DNA of 32,000 bases, taken from contig CBDBGW010000002.1 in NCBI GenBank assembly GCA_965205315.1, positions 440,684 to 472,683 of the forward strand. The letters are read 5' to 3'. The notes below the pieces were generated by a model that was not told the origin of the DNA, ran no database searches, and saw only the letters and a list, made by a program, of their open reading frames with translations. The position numbers and the translations under genes were made by a program. This stretch comes from Longimicrobiales bacterium (lineage in GTDB: Bacteria > Gemmatimonadota > Gemmatimonadetes > Longimicrobiales > Gaopeijiaceae). Positions 1 through 8,540 of the stretch are shown piece after piece. Numbering within the stretch: position 1 is the stretch's first letter; each line of letters opens with the position of its first letter.

Positions 1-2145
1 GCCCAGGCTCTCCGCCGTTCCCAGCACGATGGGAGACATGAGGACCACGAGCGCCGCCGTCGGGATGACCTGAGTCGCCAAGGAGGTGACGAGGAACAGG
101 GCGCCCATGGCGGCGAGAGGCCCGAAGTCCCCGACCGTCCGTACAACCGCCTCCGCAAGGAGCGCCGAAGCGCCCGCCTCCTGCAGCGCCACGCCGAGGG
201 GAAGCATCCCGGCGATCAGGAAGACGGCCTGCCACTCGATGGACCGGTAGGCCTCCTCCATCGTCAGACACCCCAAGAGGATCATGAGGGCGGCGCCTCC
301 CACGGCCGCGATGGAGATCGGCAGCCACCCGAGGAGGACCGGCCCCAGCGCGACGCCGAGGATCAGGGCCGCGACCGGTGCCTTGCGACGCCGGGGCGGC
401 GTCTGTACGCCCTCGGTCAGAACGAGGAAGTTCGGATCCGAGGCGAGGACGCGCAGATTCTCGCGAGCTCCGTGGACGAGCAGCGCGTCGCCGGAGCGCA
501 GCGGCAGGTCGCGGAGCCCGGTCCGATGCGGTCGCCCCTCGCGCCAGATCGCGAGCACCATCAGCCCGTACTTCCTCCGGAAGCTGAGCTGGCGCAGCGT
601 CTGCCCCACGAGTCTCGTGTGGGGCGAGAGGACGACCTCCGCGATCCCTATGTGCTCGGTTTCGAGCGTCGCGCGCTCCGCCGCCACCTTGCCCTCGACC
701 TCGATCCCTCGGATTCCCTTCAGCGTGGACAACCCTTCGGGCCGGCCCCTGACGACCAGCAGGTCCCCGGCCTGGATGCGCTCGCCGGGCCCCGGCATCT
801 CGATCGTCCGGCCTTCGCGACGGACGCTGATCACCCAGAGCCCCAGAGAGGCCCCCAATCCGCATTCCTTCAGCGTCTGGCCCGCGAGGAAGGAGTCGCG
901 GGGCACCCGGACCGCGAAGAGTTCGTCCTGAATGCTGTAGAGGTCGATCTGGTCGGCGGCCGCGACAGTCAGCGCCTCGTGTGCGCCCAGCTCCTGGACT
1001 CTCTCCGGTGGACCCTGGACGAGGAGCGTGTCGGCGGGCTGAAGGGCCACATCCTGAAGGGGACTCGGCAGCGACCTCCCCTCACGCCGGATCGCCATCA
1101 CGCGAACCCCGAAACGGGCCGCGAAGTCCACGTCGCGCAGCGTGCGTCCCGTCAGCTCGGAGCCGCTGGGCACCCCGACCTCCGCGATTTCGAATTCGGG
1201 AGAGTCCAGCACCTCCACGCCCATCCCGGCTTCCTCGATGTCGAGCGCGCTGCTCCCCTGCAGCTGGTGCAGCCGGTCCACGGGCCCCTGGGCGACGATG
1301 CGGTCTCCCGCGCGGAGTCGGAAGTCCGGACCTGGCAAGGGTCGGGGGCGCCCGTCCCGGATGACGGTGATGGCATGGAGTCCGGCCACGGACCCGAGCC
1401 GGATCTCACCAAGGCTCTTTCCTGCAAGGGGCGAAGCCTCAGGCAGCCTCAGGATGATGAACCGCTCGTTCAGCCCGTAGATGTCCGGCAGCACCCGCTC
1501 ATCGTCTCCTGCGGGGCCGCCGACCCCGATGCGGCGCTTCGGCAGCAACCTGGGTACGGCCACGAGGACAAAGACGAAGCCCGCCGCCATCACGACCAGC
1601 CCTACCGGCGAATAGTCGAAGAGGCCGAACGGCTCGAGTCCCTCGGTTCGGAGTGCCTCTGCCACCAGGATGTTGGGCGGGGTGCCGATGAGGGTCGTCA
1701 ATCCACCCAGGAGGCACGCGTACGCGAGTGGAAGAAGAAGCCTCGAGGGAGGGATTCCGGTCTCCTTCGAGAGGTCCATGACGACGGGCAGGAGGATCGC
1801 CGCCACGCCCACGTTGTTCATGAAGGCGGACGCCACGCCGGCGGTCGCCATGATGACCAGGATGATGCGGGCCTCGCTTCCGCCCGCGAAGCGTATGATC
1901 TGCCGCCCGACCATGTTGGCAATGCCGGTGTGCGCGAGCCCCCCGCTCAGCACGAAGACGGCCCAGACGGTCACGACGGCCGGATTGGAGAAGCCGGCGA
2001 GCGCCGCGGCCGGTTCGATGAGCCCGGTCACGGCAAGGAACACGAGCGTGAGGAGCGCGACCAGGTCCATTCGGAGTCGCCCGTGCATGAAGAGGACGAT
2101 GTCCACCACCAGAACCGCCAGGACGAGAACGAGCTCGACCCTCAT
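1..2145 (-). CDS. SLC13/DASS-superfamily permease with four internal TrkA-C (RCK_C) domains; the C-terminus runs off the window
   Basis: Absent from the ORF track because there is no stop in the window. Manual minus-strand translation from the ATG at 2143-2145 gives MRVELVLVLAVLVVDIVLFMHGRLRMDLVALLTLVFLAVTG... A hydrophobic half (..LGGLTTLIGTPPNILV..) is followed by four ~70-aa TrkA-C-like repeats at about nt 440-1480. The repeats include LAGKSLGEIRLGSVAGLHAITVIRDG..LRAGDRIVAQG, LTGRTLRDVDFAARFGVRVMAIRREG..LQPADTLLVQG, LAGQTLKECGLGASLGLWVISVRREG..IQAGDLLVVRG and LVGQTLRQLSFRRKYGLMVLAIWREG..LRSGDALLVHG. A second hydrophobic half follows. The frame is open for 715 codons down to nt 1. Confidence 0.8.
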   Translation of the reverse strand, partial: MRVELVLVLAVLVVDIVLFMHGRLRMDLVALLTLVFLAVTGLIEPAAALAGFSNPAVVTVWAVFVLSGGLAHTGIANMVGRQIIRFAGGSEARIILVIMATAGVASAFMNNVGVAAILLPVVMDLSKETGIPPSRLLLPLAYACLLGGLTTLIGTPPNILVAEALRTEGLEPFGLFDYSPVGLVVMAAGFVFVLVAVPRLLPKRRIGVGGPAGDDERVLPDIYGLNERFIILRLPEASPLAGKSLGEIRLGSVAGLHAITVIRDGRPRPLPGPDFRLRAGDRIVAQGPVDRLHQLQGSSALDIEEAGMGVEVLDSPEFEIAEVGVPSGSELTGRTLRDVDFAARFGVRVMAIRREGRSLPSPLQDVALQPADTLLVQGPPERVQELGAHEALTVAAADQIDLYSIQDELFAVRVPRDSFLAGQTLKECGLGASLGLWVISVRREGRTIEMPGPGERIQAGDLLVVRGRPEGLSTLKGIRGIEVEGKVAAERATLETEHIGIAEVVLSPHTRLVGQTLRQLSFRRKYGLMVLAIWREGRPHRTGLRDLPLRSGDALLVHGARENLRVLASDPNFLVLTEGVQTPPRRRKAPVAALILGVALGPVLLGWLPISIAAVGGAALMILLGCLTMEEAYRSIEWQAVFLIAGMLPLGVALQEAGASALLAEAVVRTVGDFGPLAAMGALFLVTSLATQVIPTAALVVLMSPIVLGTAESLG

Positions 2146-2199
2146 CGCGTCACTGCGCGTGTTCCCGGGGTCACGGCCCAGAGAGGGTCGGTCATCCCG

Positions 2200-3741
2200 C
2201 TACCGGCCCGCGGTCGGGCGCGCCCACTCCGGCACCACCGCCGGATCGATCTCGAAGACGGCGAGCCCCAAGGCGAAGACCAGCGTTGCGATTACAACCA
2301 CTCCGAAGAGGTTGAGCACGATCCCCGCGCGCGCCATCTCGCCCACCGTGATCCGCCCGCTCCCGAAGACGATTGCGTTGGGCGGGGTGGCCACCGGCAT
2401 CATGAAGGCGCACGACGCCGAGAGGGTTGCCGGGATCATGAGGACGAGGGGGTGCGTCCCGGTCGCCACCGCCACCGATGCGAGGATCGGGAGGATCATC
2501 TCGGTGGTGGCGGTGTTGCTTGTGAATTCGGTCAGGAAGGTGAGCGTCGCGCAGACGATGAGGATCGTCGCGAAGACCGGCAGGCCGCCCAGGACCTCGA
2601 GGCGGCTGCCGGCCAGCTGCGCCAGCCCCGTCTCCTGGAAGCCAGCCGCCAGCGCGAAGCCACCCCCGAAGAGGAGCACGATGTTCCAGGGGAGGCGGGG
2701 GATCACATCCGGCCCGAGGATCCGGGTCGCGCCCCCCTCCCGGTTGCGCGCGGGCACCAGGAAGAGGATCGAGGCGAGGGCGATCGCCACCGTGCCGTCG
2801 TCGATCAGCCCCGGATCGGGGAGCAGACGGGACCAGCCGGGCAACGTGAGGAGGCCCAGCTGCAGGTCGACCCGGAAGACCCAGAGGAGCGCGGTGGCGG
2901 CGAAGACCCAGAGCACGGCGCGTTCCTCGAAGGTGACCGGACCCAGGCGGGCCCGCTCGGCCGCCACCACCTTCCGGTCCACCGCCAGCTCTTCCGGCAC
3001 GCGGTGGAGTACGCGCGTGATAAGCAGCCAGGCGGCGACGAGCATGACCGCGCCCACGGGCAGCGCCATGGCGAGCCACTCCCCGAAGGCGATGGGGGGC
3101 GCCTCGGGGAAGAGGATCTCGAAGATGCGAACGAAGGAGAGGTTGGGCGGGGTCCCCACCAGCGTCGTGATCCCCCCTACGGTGCACCCGTACGCGATCC
3201 CGAGCATGAGCCCCGCCGAGAGGTGTCGCGACCGTTCCCGTCCGGCCCTGCTCTCGATCTGGAGCGCGATTGCCAGCCCGATCGGGACCATCATCACCGC
3301 GGTGGCCGTGTTCGAGATCCACATCGACAGGAAGGCAGCCGCGATCATGAACCCCAGCACGATGCGGGCGGGGCCGCCCCCCACCGCGTGGATGATCCCG
3401 AGCGCGATGCGGCGGTGAAGCCTCCACTTCTCCATGGCGAGCGCGATCATGAACCCGCCGAGGAAGAGCACGACCGTGCTGTTGAAGTAGATCGGCGCGG
3501 TGTCGCGTCCCGCCATGATCCCCAGGAGCGGGTAGAGGGCGAGCGGGAGGAGCGCCGTGGCGAAGAGGGGGATCGCGTCGGTGACCCACCAGATCGCCAT
3601 CAGGAGCGCTACCGCGGCGAGACGGCTGGCGGCCGGGTTGGAGGCGTCGACCGGGAAGAGGAGCAGGAACAGGAAGACGGCGGGGCCCAGCCAGAGGCCG
3701 ATCGTGCGGCTCCGGGAGCTGGCGCGGCGCTCAACGGCCAT
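2200..3741 (-). CDS. SLC13/DASS family anion:sodium symporter (sulfate/di-tricarboxylate type permease)
   Basis: 513-aa polytopic membrane ORF with family-typical segments (AIWWVTDAIPLFATALLPLALYPLLGI, SNTATAVMMVPI, GTPPNLSF, TSNTATTEMILPI, PVATPPNAIVF). The ATG at 3741 overlaps the upstream PLD stop by 11 nt. Confidence 0.85.
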   Translation of the reverse strand: MAVERRASSRSRTIGLWLGPAVFLFLLLFPVDASNPAASRLAAVALLMAIWWVTDAIPLFATALLPLALYPLLGIMAGRDTAPIYFNSTVVLFLGGFMIALAMEKWRLHRRIALGIIHAVGGGPARIVLGFMIAAAFLSMWISNTATAVMMVPIGLAIALQIESRAGRERSRHLSAGLMLGIAYGCTVGGITTLVGTPPNLSFVRIFEILFPEAPPIAFGEWLAMALPVGAVMLVAAWLLITRVLHRVPEELAVDRKVVAAERARLGPVTFEERAVLWVFAATALLWVFRVDLQLGLLTLPGWSRLLPDPGLIDDGTVAIALASILFLVPARNREGGATRILGPDVIPRLPWNIVLLFGGGFALAAGFQETGLAQLAGSRLEVLGGLPVFATILIVCATLTFLTEFTSNTATTEMILPILASVAVATGTHPLVLMIPATLSASCAFMMPVATPPNAIVFGSGRITVGEMARAGIVLNLFGVVVIATLVFALGLAVFEIDPAVVPEWARPTAGR

Positions 3742-4900
3742 GCGGATCCCGCCGAGTAGCCGGGCTCAGCGTCCGCGCCACCAGGGTGGCCGCGCGGATC
3801 TTCGCCCTGGCGATCGTTCGTCCCCAGGCACCGATGGGGTGTCGCCCTGAGACCGGCAGGCGTTGAGAGGCCGCCAGATCCGGCTCCAGCACCTGGCGGC
3901 GAAAGGAGCTGATGACCGCAGCCGACCGGAAGACGGCGACGACCTCGGCCAGGAAGCCGTGGTAGCTCATCAGGTCGAAGTTGGAGGAGCCGGTGATGAG
4001 CGCCCGGTCGTCGATCAGCATGCACTTCATGTGGATCATCCCGCCCCCGTACAGCCAGAGGTGGACGGGGGAGCGCGCGGCCTCGGCGAGGAGGTGCCTC
4101 TGCAGGTACGCCTTGTTGTTGTCGCGCGGGGTGACGAAGTGGACCTCGACCCCGCGATCCGCCGCGGCTGTGAGACGCCCCGTGAAGGGAGGGGACACGT
4201 AGGGGCCGATCATGTGAATCGAGTGCTCTGCCCGGTCGATGATGCCGAGGAGCCCGCCGTAGAGTTCGTGGTTGCCCTTTCCGGGTAGGTTGTGCAGCTC
4301 CAGCTCCAGCTCGGGAAAGGACCTCGACGACGCCTGCGACCGCCCTTCCCAGGAGTGCAGGAAGTCGCCCTTGAGGAAGCGGGTCACCTCAGCGTGCTCG
4401 ATGCGCACCATCAGGTCGTGCCACGCGAAGTTGTGCTCCGAGAAGTTGAGGCCGCCCACGTAGGCCACGCGGTCGTCGAAGAGGACGAGCTTCTTGTGGT
4501 CGCGTCTGAGGATCCTTCCTCCCAGGAGGCCGAGGGGACGCCCAAAGCGCACGCCGATCCCGGCGGCGCTCAGGGTCCGCACGAGGCGCCGGGTGCTGCG
4601 GACCTCGTCGCGGAGCGCGCGGTCGAAGAGGTTGTGCGGCGCCGCAAGCCAGCGGTCGTTGTGGTTGGCGCGGGTGTAGGAGTCGATCAGCAGCCTGATG
4701 TCCGGAGCCCGAGCCGCGAGCAGCTCCTTCGCAAGCTGCTCGCCCACCTGGTCCCCCTCGAAGGAGTAGGTCTGGATGTACACGCAGTCGCGGGCGCTGG
4801 CCAGATCGGCCCGGATCGCGCGCCAGATTGCGGGCGAGTCCACCAGGATCGTGACCCTCGGACGATCTCTCACCGACGGTGGTCGTGTCTCAGAGAGCAC
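3731..4900 (-). CDS. Phospholipase D / cardiolipin-synthase-like protein with two HKD motifs
   Basis: Two HxKxxxxD motifs are present: RDHKKLVLFDDRVAYVGGLNFS and IHMKCMLIDDRALITGSSNFD. The GTG start at 4900 overlaps the dedA-like stop by 11 nt (GTGCTCTCTGA). Confidence 0.85.
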   Translation of the reverse strand: MLSETRPPSVRDRPRVTILVDSPAIWRAIRADLASARDCVYIQTYSFEGDQVGEQLAKELLAARAPDIRLLIDSYTRANHNDRWLAAPHNLFDRALRDEVRSTRRLVRTLSAAGIGVRFGRPLGLLGGRILRRDHKKLVLFDDRVAYVGGLNFSEHNFAWHDLMVRIEHAEVTRFLKGDFLHSWEGRSQASSRSFPELELELHNLPGKGNHELYGGLLGIIDRAEHSIHMIGPYVSPPFTGRLTAAADRGVEVHFVTPRDNNKAYLQRHLLAEAARSPVHLWLYGGGMIHMKCMLIDDRALITGSSNFDLMSYHGFLAEVVAVFRSAAVISSFRRQVLEPDLAASQRLPVSGRHPIGAWGRTIARAKIRAATLVARTLSPATRRDPHGR

Positions 4901-5354
4901 CGTGGATGGCGCTGCCCGCCGCCACCGCCGAATAGCCGATCACGGCGAAGCGCACGCCCCTGCCCACCAGCCCCACGATGATGAACCAGGTGAGGCTCAT
5001 GCGCAGCGCCCCTGCAGCGAGGGAGATGAGGTAGAAGGGCGGGAGACCCACGATGGCGCTGACGAGGACGAGGGTGAATCCCGCCCCTTCGAGCCTCTTC
5101 GTCCTCTGGGAAGCGGCTTCCAGACGCTCCCGAGCCTTCGCCGGGAGTCGTTCCGGGAGCCAACGCGCCCCGGCGTAGAGTCCGACCTTGGCCACAATCT
5201 GCCCGGCCGAGCAGGCGACGATGACCGGCGCGACGAGTGCCGTCGGCGCGGCGACGGCAGCCCCCGCGACAAGCACCTCGGCGTTCACGAAGGGTACCAG
5301 TCCGCTCAGGACGGACATCACGAACGCCGATGTCAGTATTGCGATTTCCGCCAT
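4890..5354 (-). CDS. DedA/YqaA-type (VTT domain) small membrane protein
   Basis: ORF 4890..5402 trimmed to the ATG at 5354 (MAEIAILTSAFVMSVLSGLVPFVNAEVLV...), preceded by AGGGAGAG. About 154 aa with 4 predicted TM segments and an overall YqaA-like layout. Family call is from pattern only. Confidence 0.6.
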   Translation of the reverse strand: MAEIAILTSAFVMSVLSGLVPFVNAEVLVAGAAVAAPTALVAPVIVACSAGQIVAKVGLYAGARWLPERLPAKARERLEAASQRTKRLEGAGFTLVLVSAIVGLPPFYLISLAAGALRMSLTWFIIVGLVGRGVRFAVIGYSAVAAGSAIHGAL

Positions 5355-5430
5355 GGCGTGTCTCTCCCTGGTCCTCGGCCCGCCGGACGCCGCGAACACC
5401 ATACCGGCAAGCCCGCGCCGATGCCACCGC

Positions 5431-5665
5431 TAGCAGCCCGTGGACAGAACTCCCACGGCATTCGAGCGGCGGAGCATCCCCGCTGAACCGCTTCGCTCTG
5501 CGTTGCTCCTCGGACCAATAGCGCTGCGGCTATTGGCCCTTCGTCGCGCCTTGCCAGCGGCGCGCTTCGCCGCTCTCCTTGCTCGCGCGAGTCTGCCCAC
5601 GGACTGCCGCAGCCCGTGGACAGAACTCCCACGGCAGGAGCAGCGCTGCATCCCCGCAGGCCCGT
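5431..5665 (+). repeat. GC-rich intergenic repeat family, copy a (head duplicated)
   Basis: The identical 27-mer CAGCCCGTGGACAGAACTCCCACGGCA occurs at 5434-5460 and 5610-5636; it contains the hairpin CCGTGG-N9-CCACGG. Each copy is followed by a GCATCCCCGC segment. An internal hairpin CCAATAGC-GCTGCG-GCTATTGG lies at 5515-5536. The body matches copies at 12.1 kb and 15.7 kb in inverse orientation. Confidence 0.75.
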
Positions 5666-5688
5666 GTCGCTCAATATGTAATGTGAAG

Positions 5689-5717
5689 ATTACATAATGG
5701 CAACTGTAGTATACATT
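5689..5717 (+). promoter_or_regulatory. Promoter-like box ATTACA-N17-TACATT overlapping the palindrome ATGTAAT-N6-ATTACAT (5676-5695)
   Basis: AT-rich island in otherwise GC-rich DNA, 171 nt upstream of the Rieske oxygenase start. The same TTNACA-N17-TACAYN arrangement recurs at 15797-15825(-), 20453-20481(-) and 23337-23365(+). Confidence 0.45.
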
Positions 5718-5888
5718 CTGTTGCCGCCCCGGTGGCCACGCCCCGTCGTCGAATTACCTTTTCGTACTCCGGGAACCCACAATAGGGGGGTGCTTCCTCA
5801 TGAAGTCCGCAACCTCCGGGCCACTGGGCTGCACGACACACGGGATCGGTCCCGTTTCCGACCTCTTCAAGCACAGAGAGGCGCGTAG

Positions 5889-6962
5889 ATGAGTACTGGC
5901 GTCGATGAACGGTCATCGCACCGTCGCGCAAAGCTCCCCCCGTACCCCGAGGGGTGGTACTTCGTCACCGACCGCAGGACGCTGGCGAAGAGGAAGCTGA
6001 TCGAGAAGAGATGGATGGGCGAGGAGATCGTCGCTTGGGTGGACGGGGAGGGCCGCGTCTGCGTAGCCGGGGCCTACTGCCCGCATCTGGGGTCGCACAT
6101 GGGGCCGACGGTCGGTGGCCTGGTGCGCGACGGCTGCCTGGTATGCCCCTTCCACGGCTTCACCTTCGACACCACCGGCAGGTGTGTCGCCGTGCCGCAC
6201 GCTCCGGCCCCCAGGGCCGCGAAGCTGGAGGTCTACCCCACCCACGAGATCCTCGGCATGGTCTTCGCCTGGTGGGGGAGCGAGGGAAGGGTGCCGCAGT
6301 GGGAGCTGCCCGAGTCGCCTCCCACTGGCGCGGAGTGGGGCGGCCTGCGCTCGACGACGCTGCGATTCAGGGGCCACCCCCAGGAGACTACCGAGAACTC
6401 GGTGGATGTGGAGCACCTGGCGTACACCCACGGGTATCACGACGTGGAGATCACGGCCCCCCTGAAGATCGATGGCGCCTACCTGAAGAGCTGCTTCGAC
6501 TTCAGGTACGTGCACAGGATCGCCGGGGTGTTCAGGGTCGTCGCCGAAGTCTCTGCCGTCACCCACGTCCACGGGCTCGGGTACTCCTTCGTCGAGATCC
6601 ACGAGAAGTCGATCGGCATGGATGCGAGGCTGTGGGTCCTGGCGACGCCGGTGGGTGACACCCAGCTCGAGCTGACGCTCGTCACCCAGGTGCGGGAGAT
6701 CCGCAGGCCGGGCAAGTTCCTCGCAGGACTCGGCTTCCTGCCGGTGCCCTGGCGCCACAGGGTGATGACCCCCTTCTACCTGAGACAGGAGAAGCACTTC
6801 GTCATGCAGGACGTGGTCATCTGGGAGCACAAGCGCTACACCGTCCCGCCCCGGCTCTCCCGCGCAGACGGCCCGATCGGGAAGTTCCGCCTCTACTGCC
6901 GGCAGTTCTACCCCGAGCTGCCGTTGCGGGCTGGGAAGGTGCGGCGAACGGGCACGGCCTGA
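5889..6962 (+). CDS. Rieske [2Fe-2S] non-heme-iron oxygenase, KshA/Neverland(DAF-36)-like
   Basis: Rieske motif CPHLGSH..(17 aa)..CPFHG. Mononuclear iron motif ENSVDVEHLAYTHG (E-N-x2-D-x2-H-x4-H). N-terminal PYPEGWYFV..EIVAW pattern typical of steroid-type Rieske oxygenases. The SD GAGAGG lies 7 nt before the ATG. Confidence 0.8.
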   Translation: MSTGVDERSSHRRAKLPPYPEGWYFVTDRRTLAKRKLIEKRWMGEEIVAWVDGEGRVCVAGAYCPHLGSHMGPTVGGLVRDGCLVCPFHGFTFDTTGRCVAVPHAPAPRAAKLEVYPTHEILGMVFAWWGSEGRVPQWELPESPPTGAEWGGLRSTTLRFRGHPQETTENSVDVEHLAYTHGYHDVEITAPLKIDGAYLKSCFDFRYVHRIAGVFRVVAEVSAVTHVHGLGYSFVEIHEKSIGMDARLWVLATPVGDTQLELTLVTQVREIRRPGKFLAGLGFLPVPWRHRVMTPFYLRQEKHFVMQDVVIWEHKRYTVPPRLSRADGPIGKFRLYCRQFYPELPLRAGKVRRTGTA

Positions 6963-7045
6963 TTTCGCCAACAGTCGCCGCGGAGATGGCCGCACGGGGA
7001 CGAAGTCCGGACGGCATTGGGCACGCTCGTCGTCCACGGACTTCG

Positions 7046-8410
7046 ATGCCCCGCCGCGTTGCCATAGTCGGAGGCGGAATCTCCGGGCTGGGGGCGGCCT
7101 GGGGGCTCAGTCGCCATCCCGACCGCTTCGACTTCGCGCTCTACGAGGCCCAGGACCGGATCGGCGGGAACGCGGTCACCGCCGACATGCCGCAGGACGG
7201 CGGCGGCTCGATCCCCTTCGACATCTCGGTCACCGCCTGCATTCCGTCGGTCTACCACCACATAGTGATTCTCCTGGAGGAGTTCGGGATCGACCTGCTC
7301 GAGACCCGTTTCAGCTACAGCGTGAGGTACCGCGGCCAGCTCTACGCCCACGACTTCGACTCCGAGATCAGGGAGCAGCTTCAGCCCGAGATCGAGCGGT
7401 TCCAGCGGGTCCTGGCGCATCTGCACCGCTTCGGTTGGCTGACGCGCTCCCGCTCGAAGCTCCTGAACGCGCTCAACCCCTTCAACTACGTCAGCATGGG
7501 GACGGTCCTGAATCTGGCTGGGCTCTCCGGGGACTTCAGGTATAAGGTCCTGAAGCCGATGTTCGTCAACTTCCTGATGGCGACCAACGTCTTCGACATG
7601 CCTGCGGCGCTCTTCTCGCGGTACCTCGAGTTCTTCGACATCGAGTCCGCCACCCCGATGCGGACCTGGGACCGGGGAACGAGGCGCATCTACGAGAATC
7701 TCACCGCCGGCTTCCGAGAACGTATCCACCTGGGCCGCCCCGTCCGAAAGGTCTACCGGTACGGCACCCACGTGGTCGTCGAGGACGAGGAGGGGACGCA
7801 GGAGCGCTTCGACGATGTCGTTTTCGCCTGCAACGCCAACCAGACGCTCATGATCCTGGACCGCCCCACCCTGCTGGAGCGCTACATCCTCTCGTCCGTC
7901 CGCTACGAGAGCGAGCTCCACAACCACACCGTCGTCCACTCCGACGCCTCGGTCCTCCCCGACAACGAGGTCAGGCCGCTCGCGACGCGGAGCAATCACA
8001 TCGAGCAGTACGGAGCGCGCCCGGACAACTACGAGATCACCTACATCATGCACAACCAGCAGCCGTGGGTAGGCGATTCGGACAAGCCGTGCCTCGTCAC
8101 CTACAACCCGATCACTCGGATCGACGAGGAGAAGGTGGTCGCGCGACGGTGGTTCCAGCACATCGTCCACGACGTGCGGCAGATGGCGTGGCTCGTCCCC
8201 CTCTTCCGCTTCATCCAGGGTAGGCGGCGGAGCTGGCACTGCGGTGCCCACACCCTTGTGAACAGCCAGGAGACGTGCTTCGTCTCAGGGCTCGCGGCCG
8301 CCACCCAGCTGGGCGCTGACTATCCATTTGACAACGAGGAGGCGCGCCGTACCTTTAACCACTACGGGAGCATCCTGCACGGCTGGCGGTTCAGGAAGGC
8401 GCGGGGTTGA
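7046..8410 (+). CDS. FAD/NAD(P)-binding oxidoreductase (COG2907 / amine-oxidase-like flavoprotein)
   Basis: ORF 6986..8410 trimmed to the ATG at 7046 so that the dinucleotide-binding motif is N-terminal: MPRRVAIVGGGISGLGAAWGLS...YEAQDRIGGN. Start choice is uncertain. Confidence 0.7.
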   Translation: MPRRVAIVGGGISGLGAAWGLSRHPDRFDFALYEAQDRIGGNAVTADMPQDGGGSIPFDISVTACIPSVYHHIVILLEEFGIDLLETRFSYSVRYRGQLYAHDFDSEIREQLQPEIERFQRVLAHLHRFGWLTRSRSKLLNALNPFNYVSMGTVLNLAGLSGDFRYKVLKPMFVNFLMATNVFDMPAALFSRYLEFFDIESATPMRTWDRGTRRIYENLTAGFRERIHLGRPVRKVYRYGTHVVVEDEEGTQERFDDVVFACNANQTLMILDRPTLLERYILSSVRYESELHNHTVVHSDASVLPDNEVRPLATRSNHIEQYGARPDNYEITYIMHNQQPWVGDSDKPCLVTYNPITRIDEEKVVARRWFQHIVHDVRQMAWLVPLFRFIQGRRRSWHCGAHTLVNSQETCFVSGLAAATQLGADYPFDNEEARRTFNHYGSILHGWRFRKARG

Positions 8411-8445
8411 AGGGCGCTTCTATCCGGATCCGGCGATGGCACCTC

Positions 8446-8530
8446 TAGCAGTCCGTGGATAAACTCAGGCGAGCACCGAGAGGGGCGCTGCGCCAGCGGT
8501 CCGTGGACGGGCCCGGACGAGCACCGAGAC
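8446..8530 (+). repeat. GC-rich intergenic repeat family, two tandem degenerate heads
   Basis: TAGCAGTCCGTGGATAAACTCAGGCGAGCACCGAGA is followed by CGGTCCGTGGACGGGCCCGGACGAGCACCGAGA. The first head is about 80% identical to TAGCAGCCCGTGGACAGAACTC at 5431. It lies between convergent genes. Confidence 0.6.
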
Positions 8531-8540
8531 CGGGCATCCT

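Noticed and set aside
472-3759. 1095-aa plus-strand ORF, the longest in the track
   Set aside because: Its composition is extremely biased (Arg/Asp/Glu/His/Pro/Gly-rich) with no recognisable motifs. It lies antisense to two well-supported SLC13 permease genes, a typical high-G+C antisense artefact. The same reasoning applies to 1670..3418(+) and 2192..3589(-).
5434-5636. Identical 27-nt direct repeats 176 nt apart, considered as a minimal CRISPR array
   Set aside because: There are only two repeats, the spacing is far larger than CRISPR spacers, and the intervening DNA is itself part of a repeat family found at 12.1 and 15.7 kb. No cas genes are present.
5913-8251. 374-aa and 447-aa minus-strand ORFs (5913..7037 and 6908..8251)
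   Set aside because: They lie antisense to the Rieske oxygenase and flavoprotein genes, which carry clear cofactor motifs. The antisense translations have none.
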